NCBI GenBank assembly: GCA_963746845.1
Contig: CAVVCZ010000007.1
Location: forward strand, 64,001-128,000
From: an uncultured Chloroflexia bacterium
Lineage (GTDB): Bacteria > Chloroflexota > Limnocylindria > Limnocylindrales > CSP1-4
Reading direction: 5' to 3'
DNA length: 64,000 nt
Below are positions 30,605 through 40,299 of the stretch, one piece after another (position 1 is the stretch's first letter; each line of letters starts with the position of its first letter). Under the pieces are notes generated by a model. That model saw only the letters and a list, made by a program, of their open reading frames with translations. It was not told the DNA's origin and did not search any database. Position numbers and translations under genes: made by a program.

Positions 30605-31375
30605 ATGCGCGACCAGCTGTCGCTGCCGCTGGAGCCCGACGTCCAGCCGCTGCCGAACCTTCCCGACGGGCTGCGGCCGATGCTCCCCCGGATGATCGCC
30701 GAGCCCTTCGACTCCGCGGTCCACCTGTTCGAGCCGGCCTGGGGCGGGACCCGGGCGCTGGCGTTCATCGGGCCGGCCGAGGACCCGGGCGCCGGCGAGG
30801 TCCGGATCCTCGACGGCGAGGGTCGCGACCTGGGCCCCGCCCTGCCGGAGCTCGCGGGGATGGCGGTGCGCGTCGACGCGCGGTCCGCGGTGCTCGACGG
30901 GGAGCTCGTTGCGGTCGACGAGGCGGGCCGCGCGGACCCGGCCGAGCTGGCACGCCGGATCGGCGGAGGCGCCGGCCGGCCGGTGGCGTTCCTGGCATTC
31001 GACCTCCTCCACATCGATGGGCGGTCGCTGCTCTCGACGCCGCTCCACAAGCGACGCAACCTCCTGCGCCGGATCCTGCACCCGGGCGACGAGGTCCTCG
31101 CGGTGCCCGCGATCGCCACCGAGGGCCGGGCCCTCCACGCCGCGGCCGCGGCGCAGGGGATCGCCGGGGTGATGGCGCGCCAACGGACGAGCCCGTACCT
31201 CCCGGGCACGATCTCGCGGCTGTGGCGGTTCATCGCAACGGAGCCCAACCCGACCCCGGCGGCCGCGGCGAACCCGGATCTGGGCCTGGGGCTGGAGCTG
31301 ACCGAGCCGAGCGCGACGGCCGCGGCCCCGGTGGTCGCCTTGATCCGGAGACTCCCCCTGCTCTTCGACGAGTAG
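30605..31375 (+). CDS. ATP-dependent DNA ligase adenylation-domain homologue with degenerate active site
   Basis: RPML, FEPAWGGTR (vs EPKWDGxR), LDGELV, FLAFDLL, SPYLPG; no OB domain. Confidence 0.75.
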   Translation: MRDQLSLPLEPDVQPLPNLPDGLRPMLPRMIAEPFDSAVHLFEPAWGGTRALAFIGPAEDPGAGEVRILDGEGRDLGPALPELAGMAVRVDARSAVLDGELVAVDEAGRADPAELARRIGGGAGRPVAFLAFDLLHIDGRSLLSTPLHKRRNLLRRILHPGDEVLAVPAIATEGRALHAAAAAQGIAGVMARQRTSPYLPGTISRLWRFIATEPNPTPAAAANPDLGLGLELTEPSATAAAPVVALIRRLPLLFDE

Positions 31376-31389
31376 CCCGTTTCGCACTC

Positions 31390-31511
31390 GACTGCGTTCG
31401 TCGCGCATGGGCGTCGCTGGCAAGGCGGCGGGGAGGACAGAGCGAGCGCCTTCAGGGTGCGTGAGCGAGGACCGCAGCCGCCAACGCAGTCCAGCGGCGT
31501 TCAGGCGCGAC
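31390..31511 (+). other. structured intergenic element (REP-like repeat or ncRNA)
   Basis: About 20-bp outer stem 31400-31420/31491-31511 with G-U pairs, inner GGCGGC/GCCGCC stem and terminal hairpin. Confidence 0.5.
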
Positions 31512-32831
31512 AGCGCTATCCCCGGCGGGCGCCGTCACGTAGGCGCGGATCCCGGGGCGCTGGCCGTAGAGGAGCACGCCGGCGCCGTAGATCCGGACCG
31601 CGATGACCGCGGTCACGAGGATCGTCAGGACGAGGATCGAGATCGAGACGACGAGCTCCATCGGATCGACCCGCCCGACGGCCAGCCGGGTGAGCATCAC
31701 GAACGGGCTCCAGAACGGGATGTACGAGGCGAGGCGGATGAACCAGGTGATCCCGCCGGTCAGGGCGAGGATCGCCTGGAGGTAGCCGAGGATCGCGATC
31801 AGGCTGAGCGGCAGGGCGATGATCTGGAGGTCCTCGGGCCGGCTCACGAGGGACCCGGCCGCCGCGTAGATCAGCGAGTACAGCGCGAAGCCCAGGACGT
31901 AGTAGACGGCAAACGCGGCGAGGAGTGTCGGCGTCAGGGCCGCGAGCGACGGCGCGATGCCGGCCGACGGACCGAGGACGGCGTTCGCGATCCGATCCTC
32001 GAGGAGCAGCACGAGGATCGCCGGCGTGAGCACGATCGCGACCTGGGTCGCCCCGGCCAGCCCGATCCCGAGCGCCTTCCCGATGACGAGCTGGCGGGGC
32101 GACGCGGCGCTGATCAGCAGCTCCATGACCCGTGACGACTTCTCCGCGACGACGCCCGCCGCGACCCACATCCCGTAGATCACGATCGTCAGGAAGATCA
32201 GGATCCCGAAGACCGCGCCGACGATCAGCCGGCTGGCATACGCCGAGGCGCCGATTGTCGAGGTCCCGCCGCCGCCGGCGGCGCGCAGGATCTGGGTGTC
32301 CGGCAGCTCGAACCCGCTCGCCGGGTTGCGACTCGCGTAGTCGAGAACCGCGACGCCGAACATCCCGAGCGTGAGCTGGGTGAGCGTGTCGTTGCCCATC
32401 GTCTCGCCGAGCTGGACCTGGGTGACGAGCTGGCCGTTCGGCTGGCGGGTCGTGATGATGGCCGCGTCGTACTGGTGGTCCCCGACGCCGTTCACCGCCT
32501 CGCCGCCGCTCGGGACGCGGACGACGTCGAAACGGGTGCCACCGTTCTGGTTGAGGATCGCCAGCAGCGTGGAGGCGGTCCGCTCGGCGAGCGCCGGGTC
32601 CGTGGCGACGACGGCGATCCGCGTCGAGCCGCCGCGCTCGACGAAGCGGGCCGCGATCGGCAGCAGCGCCACGATCAGGGCGATGATCGTCAGGGTCACC
32701 GTCGACACGTGGAAGATCCGCGAGCGGACGAGCTCGCGGTACTCGCGCGTCGCGACGTGGGTCGTGTTCGGGAAGGCCGGCTCGTCGCGCTCCGGGACGT
32801 CCCCCGTGCTCGGCGTCGACGTGCCGTTCAT
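31452..32831 (-). CDS. ABC transporter permease (NatB/YhaP-like); true stop may be TAG at 31516
   Basis: VATREY, VVAEKSSRVMELLISA, GKALG, IPFWSPFVM. Confidence 0.88.
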   Translation of the reverse strand: MNGTSTPSTGDVPERDEPAFPNTTHVATREYRELVRSRIFHVSTVTLTIIALIVALLPIAARFVERGGSTRIAVVATDPALAERTASTLLAILNQNGGTRFDVVRVPSGGEAVNGVGDHQYDAAIITTRQPNGQLVTQVQLGETMGNDTLTQLTLGMFGVAVLDYASRNPASGFELPDTQILRAAGGGGTSTIGASAYASRLIVGAVFGILIFLTIVIYGMWVAAGVVAEKSSRVMELLISAASPRQLVIGKALGIGLAGATQVAIVLTPAILVLLLEDRIANAVLGPSAGIAPSLAALTPTLLAAFAVYYVLGFALYSLIYAAAGSLVSRPEDLQIIALPLSLIAILGYLQAILALTGGITWFIRLASYIPFWSPFVMLTRLAVGRVDPMELVVSISILVLTILVTAVIAVRIYGAGVLLYGQRPGIRAYVTAPAGDSAVAPERRWTALAAAVLAHAP

Positions 32832-33820
32832 GCTGCGTCCTCCGCGGTCGACGGCCGGGCGGTCGCGGGGTCCGTCGCCGCGCGCCCGGCCGCCTCGACC
32901 GGCGGCTCCTCGGCGTCGACCGGCCGACCGACGTGGTCGATGAAGATCTGCTCGAGCGACGGCTCGGCGACCTCGAAGTGGCTGACCCGCGTCCCGGCGG
33001 CCATCGCCGCCGCGAGGATGGTCTCCGGCTCGACGCCGGCGTCCAGCTCGATCTCGGACCGATCGATCCCCGGTCGCAGGATCCGCGCGCCCGGGACGCC
33101 GGCCAGCCAGCCGAGGCGATGGTCGCCGTCGACCGAGAGGCGGACCAGGCGCCGGCCGCCGGCTCGCTTGATCTGGCGGAGGGGCCCGCCCACCACGACC
33201 CGGCCGTGATCGACGATCGCGATCAATTCGCACATCGCCTCGACCGTCTCCATCTGGTGGGTCGACAAGATCAGCGTCCGGCCGCCGTCGCGGAGCTCGA
33301 GCAGCGCCTCCCGCAGCAGCGCGACGTTGACCGGATCGAGCCCCGTGAACGGCTCGTCCATCAGGAGCACGGGCGGCTCGTGGAGGACCGCGGAGATCAG
33401 CTGGATCTTCTGCTGGTTGCCCTTGGACAGCTCCTCCGCCCGTCGCTCGGCGAGGTCCGAGACCCGCAGCCGGCGCAGCCAGTCGAGAGCCGCCTTGCGC
33501 GCGACGTCGCGGGTCATCCCGTGGAGCGACGCGAAGAACACGAGCTGGTCGAGGACGACCATCCGCGGGTAGAGCCCACGCTCCTCGGGCAGGTAGCCCC
33601 AGGTCCGGCGCGGCAGCCCGCGCGTGTCGGCGCCGTTCCAGTCGATCCGGCCGTGATCCGCGGCGAGGACGCCGAGCGCGATCCGCATCGTCGTCGTCTT
33701 GCCGGCGCCGTTCGCGCCGAGGAACCCGAAGATCTCGCCGCTCGGGACCTCGAACGTCAGCCCGTCGAGGGCCACGACCGAGCCGAAGTGCTTGTGCAGA
33801 TTCTCGATGCGCAGGCTCAC
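32828..33820 (-). CDS. ABC transporter ATP-binding protein (NatA-like)
   Basis: GANGAGKTT, YLPEERGLY, LSKGNQQK, MDEPFTGLD, EPSLEQIF. Confidence 0.94.
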   Translation of the reverse strand: MSLRIENLHKHFGSVVALDGLTFEVPSGEIFGFLGANGAGKTTTMRIALGVLAADHGRIDWNGADTRGLPRRTWGYLPEERGLYPRMVVLDQLVFFASLHGMTRDVARKAALDWLRRLRVSDLAERRAEELSKGNQQKIQLISAVLHEPPVLLMDEPFTGLDPVNVALLREALLELRDGGRTLILSTHQMETVEAMCELIAIVDHGRVVVGGPLRQIKRAGGRRLVRLSVDGDHRLGWLAGVPGARILRPGIDRSEIELDAGVEPETILAAAMAAGTRVSHFEVAEPSLEQIFIDHVGRPVDAEEPPVEAAGRAATDPATARPSTAEDAA

Positions 33821-33917
33821 CGCGCCTCACCGATCCGGACGCTCACCGGCGGAGGATAGCCCGCGATCCCCCCGACCGTCCCCGGACGATGGTCCCGGGC
33901 CATGCGATGATGACCCG

Positions 33918-34328
33918 GTGACCGCGCAGCGTGAAACCACCGAATCACCCGCCGGGAGCGGCTCGCCGACGGCGCCCGTCCGGATGCACGCGGATCGCGC
34001 CGCCCGCACGTTCGCGATCGACTGGGCGGACGGCCACACGACCGTCTACGACTTCACGCCGCTGCGCTGGCTGTGCCCATGCGCGTACTGTCGGGGCGAG
34101 GCCGGGCTGCCCGGCTGGCTGGACTCCGCGCCGACCCTGACCGACGAGCAGACACGGATGACCGACATCCATCTCGTCGGCAACTATGCGGTCTCGCCGC
34201 ACTGGGGCGACGGCCACTCGACCGGGTTCTACACGTTCCGCCTGCTCCGCGACCGCTGTCCGTGCCCGGAGTGCACGGCCCGCCGCGCGGCCGACACCGA
34301 GCAGGGCGTCCACCACCAGCACGCATGA
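33918..34328 (+). CDS. DUF971 (gamma-butyrobetaine hydroxylase N-terminal-like) metal-binding protein
   Basis: IDWADGH..Y, LRWLCPCAYC, VGNYAV..WGDGHSTGFY. Confidence 0.85.
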   Translation: MTAQRETTESPAGSGSPTAPVRMHADRAARTFAIDWADGHTTVYDFTPLRWLCPCAYCRGEAGLPGWLDSAPTLTDEQTRMTDIHLVGNYAVSPHWGDGHSTGFYTFRLLRDRCPCPECTARRAADTEQGVHHQHA

Positions 34329-34338
34329 GGGAGCTCCG

Positions 34339-34686
34339 ATGATCGTCGCCACGACCCCGTCCATTGCCGGCTACCGCGTCGTCGAGACGAAGGGCCAGAC
34401 GTTCGGGCTCGTCGTCCGCAGCCGAGGCTTCTCCGGCAACCTGATCGCCGGGCTGCGCTCGCTCGGCGGCGGCGAGATCCACGAGTACACGTCGCTCCTC
34501 GAGGACACCCGACGCCAGGCCCTCGACCGGCTCGTGAAGAACGCGACGCTGATGGGCGGCAATGCCGTCGTCTCGATGCGCTTCGACAGCTCGGAGCTGG
34601 CCGGGACGATGTCCGAGATCGTCGCGTACGGCACGTCCGTGGTGATCGAGCCCGATTCCGCCGCGCCCCAGGCGACGGCCGAGTAG
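34339..34686 (+). CDS. YbjQ/UPF0145 family protein
   Basis: MIVATT, GGEIHEYT, GGNAVVSMRFD, EIVAYGT. Confidence 0.92.
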   Translation: MIVATTPSIAGYRVVETKGQTFGLVVRSRGFSGNLIAGLRSLGGGEIHEYTSLLEDTRRQALDRLVKNATLMGGNAVVSMRFDSSELAGTMSEIVAYGTSVVIEPDSAAPQATAE

Positions 34687-34708
34687 CGGGCCGCCCGCAG
34701 AACGCCCG

Positions 34709-35050
34709 ATGCTCAGCCCGACGGTCCGGATCGTCGCCGCGGCGATCGCGGTCCTGCTGCTCCTCGGCGGCCTGATCGCGACGCCGTTCGCGGGGTTCAG
34801 CGGGATCTGGGCAACCGTGATCGGCGCGGTGATCCTCATCGCCCTCGTGATCGAGCGGAACCGCTACCGATCGGAGGCGGCCGATCGATCGTTCGACGGG
34901 GCCGGTCCGGGCGGCGGCGAGCCGATCGGCACGCTCGAGCCGCGTTTCCGGCCGACCGAGGAACGGTTCGTCGACCCGACGACGCGTCGCCGCATGCGCG
35001 TCTACCTCGACAACCGCTCCGGCGAGCGGCGCTACGTGGCGGAGGATTGA
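34709..35050 (+). CDS. small membrane protein, hypothetical
   Basis: Two TM helices + RFRPTEERFVDPT..RVYLD..GERRY; GC3-biased frame. Confidence 0.75.
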   Translation: MLSPTVRIVAAAIAVLLLLGGLIATPFAGFSGIWATVIGAVILIALVIERNRYRSEAADRSFDGAGPGGGEPIGTLEPRFRPTEERFVDPTTRRRMRVYLDNRSGERRYVAED

Positions 35051-35160
35051 GGGAGGGACAGGACGTTCGACCGGGTGGTTTCCGAACAGGGGCGTGCTAT
35101 CCTCGCCCGCCCGAGCGAGCCGCTGAGGCCCGCCGCCCACGGGAGTCCGACTCCGTCCCG

Positions 35161-37386
35161 ATGACCGCGCTCCCCGCGTCCTCCGCCAGCCCCGAACCGT
35201 CCGAAACCCGACGGTCGGGTGCGGTCGCCACGGGCAGTGCCCCCGCGGCGAAGCCACGGACGCCCCGCGAGAGCCGACGCGCGACGAAGACCGCGTACGT
35301 CAACCGCGAGCTGTCCTGGCTGGACTACGCGGGCCGGGTCCTGTACGAGGCGCGCGACGAGCGGAACGCGGTCCTCGACCGGGTGAACTTCCTGACGATC
35401 TTCGCGAGCATGCTCGACGAGTTCTTCCAGATCCGGGTCTCGGGGCTCCGCCAGCAGGTCCACGCCGGCTCGACCACCACCTCCCCGGACGGCCTGACCG
35501 CCGGCGAGCAGCTCGCCGCGTCGCGGGAACAGGTCCTCGCGCTCGTCACCGAGCACAGCGCGGCATGGGCGGACGTCCGACGAGCCCTGGCGGCGGCCGG
35601 GATCGAGATCGTCAAGTACAACTCGATCCCCGAGCACCACGAGAGCCTCCGCCAGCGGTTCATCGACGAGATCTATCCCGTGCTGACCCCGCTCGCGGTC
35701 GATCCGGGCCACCCGTTCCCGTACATCTCGACGCTGAGCCTGTCGATCGCGGTCGGGCTGCGCAACCCGGAGACCGGCGACCTGCAGTTCGCCCGGGTCA
35801 AGGTGCCGCAGATCCTGCCGCGGCTCTACCAGGTGGAGCCGAACCGGTTCGTCCTCCTCGACTCGATCATCGGCGCGAACCTCGACCTCCTGTTCAGCGG
35901 CATGGAGGTCGTCGAGCACCACCTCTTCCGGGTCACCCGCAACGCGGACCTGGCGCTCGAGGAGGACGAGGCCGACGACCTGCTGCTCGCGATCGAGGAG
36001 GAGCTCCGACGGCGGCGCTTCGGCGAGGCGGTCCGTCTCGAGGTCGAGCGATCGATGCCCGCCGGAACCCGGGCGATCCTTCTGAACGGGCTCGGCCTCG
36101 GCGAGGACGACGCCTACGAGGTCCGGGGCATGCTCGACCTGACGGGTCTGCGTGACCTCGTCGACCTCGATCGCCCGGACCTGAAGGGCGAGCCCTGGAC
36201 CCCGGTCACGCCGCCCCGCCTGGTCCCGCCCGACGAGGACGAGCCGGCCGACGTCTTCGCCGCGATCCGTCTCGGTGACCTCCTCGTCCACCACCCGTAC
36301 GAGAGCTTCTCGGCGTCCGTCGAGCGGTTCATCGGGCAGGCCGTCGACGACCCTGAGGTCCTGACGATCAAGATGACGCTCTACCGGACGTCGGGCGACT
36401 CGCCGATCGTCCGGGACCTGATCCGCGCGGCGGAGCGCGGCAAGCAGGTCGTCGTCCTCGTCGAGATCAAGGCCCGCTTCGACGAAGAGGCGAACATCGT
36501 CTGGGCCCGCCGACTGGAGCAGGCGGGCGCCCACGTCGTGTACGGCCTCGTCGGGCTGAAGACGCACTCGAAGGTCTGTCTCGTCGTCCGGCGCGAGGGC
36601 TCCGGGCTCCGCCGGTACGTCCACATCGGGACCGGCAACTACAACCCGAAGACCGCCCGCCTGTACACGGATCTCGGCCTCCTGACGACCCGGCCGGAGC
36701 TCGGCGCGGACGTGACGGACCTGTTCAACGTCCTGACCGGGCTGTCGCGCCAGCGGACGTTCCGGCGGCTGCTCGTCGCGCCGCACGGCCTGCGGTCGCG
36801 GTTCCTCGAGCTCGTCGACCGGGAGATCGAGCACGCCAAGCTCGGCCGCGAGGCGCGGATCGTCGTGAAGCTCAACGCGATCGTCGACCAACCCTCGATC
36901 GAGGCCCTCTACCGCGCGTCGCGGGCAGGCGTCGCGGTCCAGGTGATCGCCCGCGCGGCGTGCTCGCTCCTGCCCGGTGTGAAGGGCCTGTCCGAGACGA
37001 TCTCCGTCCGCTCGATCCTGGGTGAGTTCCTGGAGCACTCCCGGATCTGGGGGTTCGCCAACGGCGGCGACGCGGACTGGTACATCGGCTCGGCCGACCT
37101 GATGGACCGGAACCTGGACCGGCGGGTCGAGGCGATGGTCCCGGTCGAGGATTCCGACGCCCGCAACCGGCTGGCCGAGATCATCGAGGTCATGCTCGCC
37201 GACGACCGGCGCTCCTGGCAGCTCGGACCCGATGCGGTCTGGCGCCGGACCGAGGACATCACCGGCCATCCGGGGACGTGCGACACGCACCGGGAGCTGA
37301 AGGCGCGAGCGCTCGGCGCGGTGCAGGTCGCGACCACGCCGCATCGACCGCGCGCCGGTGTCGGGTCGCTGGACCCACGCGCCTGA
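35161..37386 (+). CDS. ppk1: polyphosphate kinase 1
   Basis: NRELSWL, HPFP, HHPYESF, KARFDE, LKTHSK, GTGNYN, FLEHSR, SADLM.RNL. Confidence 0.97.
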   Translation: MTALPASSASPEPSETRRSGAVATGSAPAAKPRTPRESRRATKTAYVNRELSWLDYAGRVLYEARDERNAVLDRVNFLTIFASMLDEFFQIRVSGLRQQVHAGSTTTSPDGLTAGEQLAASREQVLALVTEHSAAWADVRRALAAAGIEIVKYNSIPEHHESLRQRFIDEIYPVLTPLAVDPGHPFPYISTLSLSIAVGLRNPETGDLQFARVKVPQILPRLYQVEPNRFVLLDSIIGANLDLLFSGMEVVEHHLFRVTRNADLALEEDEADDLLLAIEEELRRRRFGEAVRLEVERSMPAGTRAILLNGLGLGEDDAYEVRGMLDLTGLRDLVDLDRPDLKGEPWTPVTPPRLVPPDEDEPADVFAAIRLGDLLVHHPYESFSASVERFIGQAVDDPEVLTIKMTLYRTSGDSPIVRDLIRAAERGKQVVVLVEIKARFDEEANIVWARRLEQAGAHVVYGLVGLKTHSKVCLVVRREGSGLRRYVHIGTGNYNPKTARLYTDLGLLTTRPELGADVTDLFNVLTGLSRQRTFRRLLVAPHGLRSRFLELVDREIEHAKLGREARIVVKLNAIVDQPSIEALYRASRAGVAVQVIARAACSLLPGVKGLSETISVRSILGEFLEHSRIWGFANGGDADWYIGSADLMDRNLDRRVEAMVPVEDSDARNRLAEIIEVMLADDRRSWQLGPDAVWRRTEDITGHPGTCDTHRELKARALGAVQVATTPHRPRAGVGSLDPRA

Positions 37387-37417
37387 TGGCCCAGCGCCGG
37401 ACCGCGAGCCCGCGCCC

Positions 37418-39337
37418 GTGAGCACGACCTCGCGCGAAGGGCGGCCGGTCGAGATCGAGCTGAAGTACCGCGTCATCGATCGGCCGGCGGGTGATCACTA
37501 CCTCGGCGCGGACGACGTCGCCGGGTTCGTCCCCGCGTCGGCGGTCCGCTCGGCCCAGGTCGAGGATCGCTACATCGACACGGTCGACGGCGCCCTGGCC
37601 CGTGCCGGATTCGCGGCGCGGATCCGCCAGACGGCCAAGACGACGACCGTCGCGGTGAAGTCCGCCATCCGCCGGCGTGACCGGGGCGGCCTCCATCGGC
37701 GCGAGGAGCTGGAAGGTCCCGCCGACCGGACCTCGCCGCCGCGCGACTGGCCCCCGTCCGATGCCCGCTCCCTGATCCTCGAGCAATGCGGCGACGCGCC
37801 GCTCGTCGAGGTCGTCACGATCCGTCAGCTTCGCCGGAAGCGGATCCTCGAGCGCGACGGGACGGCCGTCGAGGTGAGCCTCGACGAGGTGGATGCGGTC
37901 ACGCGGAGCCGGGTCGTCGGCCGGTTCGTCGAGCTCGAGTTCGAGCTGGTGCGCGGCGACGAGGCCGCCCTCGTCGACATCGAACGGACCCTCGCCGCCG
38001 ACCCCGGGCTGGCACCGGCCGATTCGTCGAAGCTGGAGTCCGCGCTCCGCGCGGTGACCTCGACCGAATCACGCCGCGCCCGGAAGGGCGACCGCCTCCT
38101 GCCCCCGGTCGACGTCGACGACGCCGACGGCGAGGCGGATGCGGACGGCGAGCGCTTCGACGACGGCCAGGACGTCGGCCGGATCGTCGCGGCGGCGCTG
38201 GGCGAGGCTGCCCGTACCGCCGAGCCCGCCCCTCCCGCGAGCGGCGGAGCCACGCCGGCGGCGGCGGCGGCGAAGCGACGCACGGCACCACGGACGGAGC
38301 CGGACGTCACACCGGTGATGGCGGGCGCATCCGTGCCCGAGGCAGCCCCGCCGAAGCCGGTCGCGACGACGCCGGACGATCCGGACGAGCGGCCGCGCCT
38401 CGTCGTCGGCAAGACGCCGGGCGTCCTCGCCGACGACCACCTCGCCGAGGCAGGCCGGAAGGTGCTCCGCTTCCACCTGGCCCGGATGATCGCCCGCGAG
38501 GCCGGCACCCGGACCGGTGACGACCCCGAGGACCTCCACGCGATGCGCGTGGCGACCCGTCGCCAGCGGGCCGCGTGGCGGATCTTCGGCGAGGCGTTCC
38601 GCGACCGGCGCACGAAGGCCCATCGACGGCGCCTCCGCGAGGTCGCGTCGCGACTCGGGGCGGTCCGCGATCTCGACGTGCTGCTCGAGGCGATGGACGT
38701 CTATCGGGCGGACCTGCCGGTCGTCGAGCAGCGCGCCCTCGAGCCGCTGGTCGCGGCGTGGCGCGTCCACCGCGACGACGCGCGGGTGCTCCTCCTCCGC
38801 GAGCTCGATTCCGACGGATACCGTCGCTGGCTCGACGACTACGCGGAGTTCGTCCGGCACGAAGGCCTGGGCGCGCGACCGGTCGCCCCGACCGAGCCGC
38901 ATCGGGTGCGAGACACCGCCGCGTCACGGGTCCAGGCCGCCTACGAGCAGGTCCGGGCCTACGAGCCGGTCCTGCGCTGGGCGGATGTCGACACGCTCCA
39001 CGAGCTCCGGATCGCCGGGAAGTGGCTGCGCTACACGCTGGAGTTCGTGCGCGAGGCGCTCGGGCCGGACGCGGACGCCCTGATCGGCCGGGTCACGGCC
39101 CTCCAGGACCATCTCGGGCTCATGCACGACGCCGACGTCGCCGCGCACCTGGCGCGCGACTTCCTCCTTGACCACGCAGGCGACCTCAGCGACCTCGAGA
39201 GCGGCGCGATCGGGCGCTACCTCGTGAGCCGCGAACGGGAGGTCAACCGTCTGCGCCGGACCGTCGGCCCGACCTGGCGCGGCGTGAGCGGGATCGGGTT
39301 CCGGCGCGGCCTCGGACGGGCGCTCGCGGGTCTCTAG
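37418..39337 (+). CDS. CYTH + CHAD domain protein (polyphosphate-associated)
   Basis: N-terminal EIELKY/ELEFEL CYTH; C-terminal LHAMRVATRR, RDLDV, LHELRI..K.LRY, LQDHLG..HD CHAD; long Pro/Ala linker. Confidence 0.9.
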   Translation: MSTTSREGRPVEIELKYRVIDRPAGDHYLGADDVAGFVPASAVRSAQVEDRYIDTVDGALARAGFAARIRQTAKTTTVAVKSAIRRRDRGGLHRREELEGPADRTSPPRDWPPSDARSLILEQCGDAPLVEVVTIRQLRRKRILERDGTAVEVSLDEVDAVTRSRVVGRFVELEFELVRGDEAALVDIERTLAADPGLAPADSSKLESALRAVTSTESRRARKGDRLLPPVDVDDADGEADADGERFDDGQDVGRIVAAALGEAARTAEPAPPASGGATPAAAAAKRRTAPRTEPDVTPVMAGASVPEAAPPKPVATTPDDPDERPRLVVGKTPGVLADDHLAEAGRKVLRFHLARMIAREAGTRTGDDPEDLHAMRVATRRQRAAWRIFGEAFRDRRTKAHRRRLREVASRLGAVRDLDVLLEAMDVYRADLPVVEQRALEPLVAAWRVHRDDARVLLLRELDSDGYRRWLDDYAEFVRHEGLGARPVAPTEPHRVRDTAASRVQAAYEQVRAYEPVLRWADVDTLHELRIAGKWLRYTLEFVREALGPDADALIGRVTALQDHLGLMHDADVAAHLARDFLLDHAGDLSDLESGAIGRYLVSREREVNRLRRTVGPTWRGVSGIGFRRGLGRALAGL

Positions 39338-40284
39338 CTGATCCAGCCGTGGGCCAGCTCCTCGAGCCGGTCCCGCCAGCCCGTCCCGGCCCGGTCCGCC
39401 GCGATGATCGCGCCCTCCCGGATGCCGGTGTCGACGACGCGACCGGACGGCACGCCGACCCGGTCCAGGATCGCCTCGATGATCGCGGCGCCTCCGGCGA
39501 GCAGCCGGATCCGCGCCTCGCGCAGGCCGTACGTGGCCGCGAGCAGCTCCGCCGGGCCGGACGCCACGATCTCCCGCGCGGTCTCGAGCGCCGCGCGGTC
39601 GAGGACGTCGTTCCGCTCCGGGTCGCGGGCGCGGCGCAGCAGCTTCAGCAGGTTCGTCGCGGTGCCCCCGACGAAGATCACCTCGGTCGGCGGCCGACTC
39701 GGCGTCCAGTCGAAGGCCTCCGCGGCGGCCACGTTCAGCGCCGTGAACTGCTCCAGCGTGGGCGGGTCGCGATCGACGACCCGACGGGAGAGCCGACCCG
39801 CCCCGAGCTGGATGCCGGCGGCGCGAGCGAGACGTCCCGGGCCGATCTCCACGAGTTCGCTCGAGCCGCCGCCGATGTCGACGACGAGGAGATCGCTCTC
39901 GACGGCCCGACCGGCCGTCAGTCCGACGAGCGTCAGGAGCGCCTCCTCCTCGTGCTCGAGGACGCTCAGGGGCGTCCCGGTGCGCGACGAGACCTCGGCG
40001 ACGATCCGGGTCGCGTCGGCCAGGCGGCGGAGCGGCTCGGTGCCCATGACGATCGGCTCGCCGACCCCGAGGTCGCGGGCGAGGTCGACATAGGCGCCGA
40101 CGGTCGAGGCGAGGGTCGCCCGTCCGGCGGGCCCGAGCGATCCGGAGCCGTCCACGGCGGCGCCGAGCCCGAGGAATGTCGATTCGTCGTCGAGGACGAC
40201 CAGCCCCGCCCGCTCCGGCCGGGCGATCAGCAGGTGGACGGACGTGGAGCCCAGGTCGATGGCGGCACCGGGACGCCGGGACAC
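39334..40284 (-). CDS. ppx: Ppx/GppA-family exopolyphosphatase (short form)
   Basis: AIDLGSTS, EEEA, VDIGGGSSEL, GIREG. Confidence 0.85.
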   Translation of the reverse strand: MSRRPGAAIDLGSTSVHLLIARPERAGLVVLDDESTFLGLGAAVDGSGSLGPAGRATLASTVGAYVDLARDLGVGEPIVMGTEPLRRLADATRIVAEVSSRTGTPLSVLEHEEEALLTLVGLTAGRAVESDLLVVDIGGGSSELVEIGPGRLARAAGIQLGAGRLSRRVVDRDPPTLEQFTALNVAAAEAFDWTPSRPPTEVIFVGGTATNLLKLLRRARDPERNDVLDRAALETAREIVASGPAELLAATYGLREARIRLLAGGAAIIEAILDRVGVPSGRVVDTGIREGAIIAADRAGTGWRDRLEELAHGWIS

Positions 40285-40299
40285 GGGTGGGCTGCCCCC

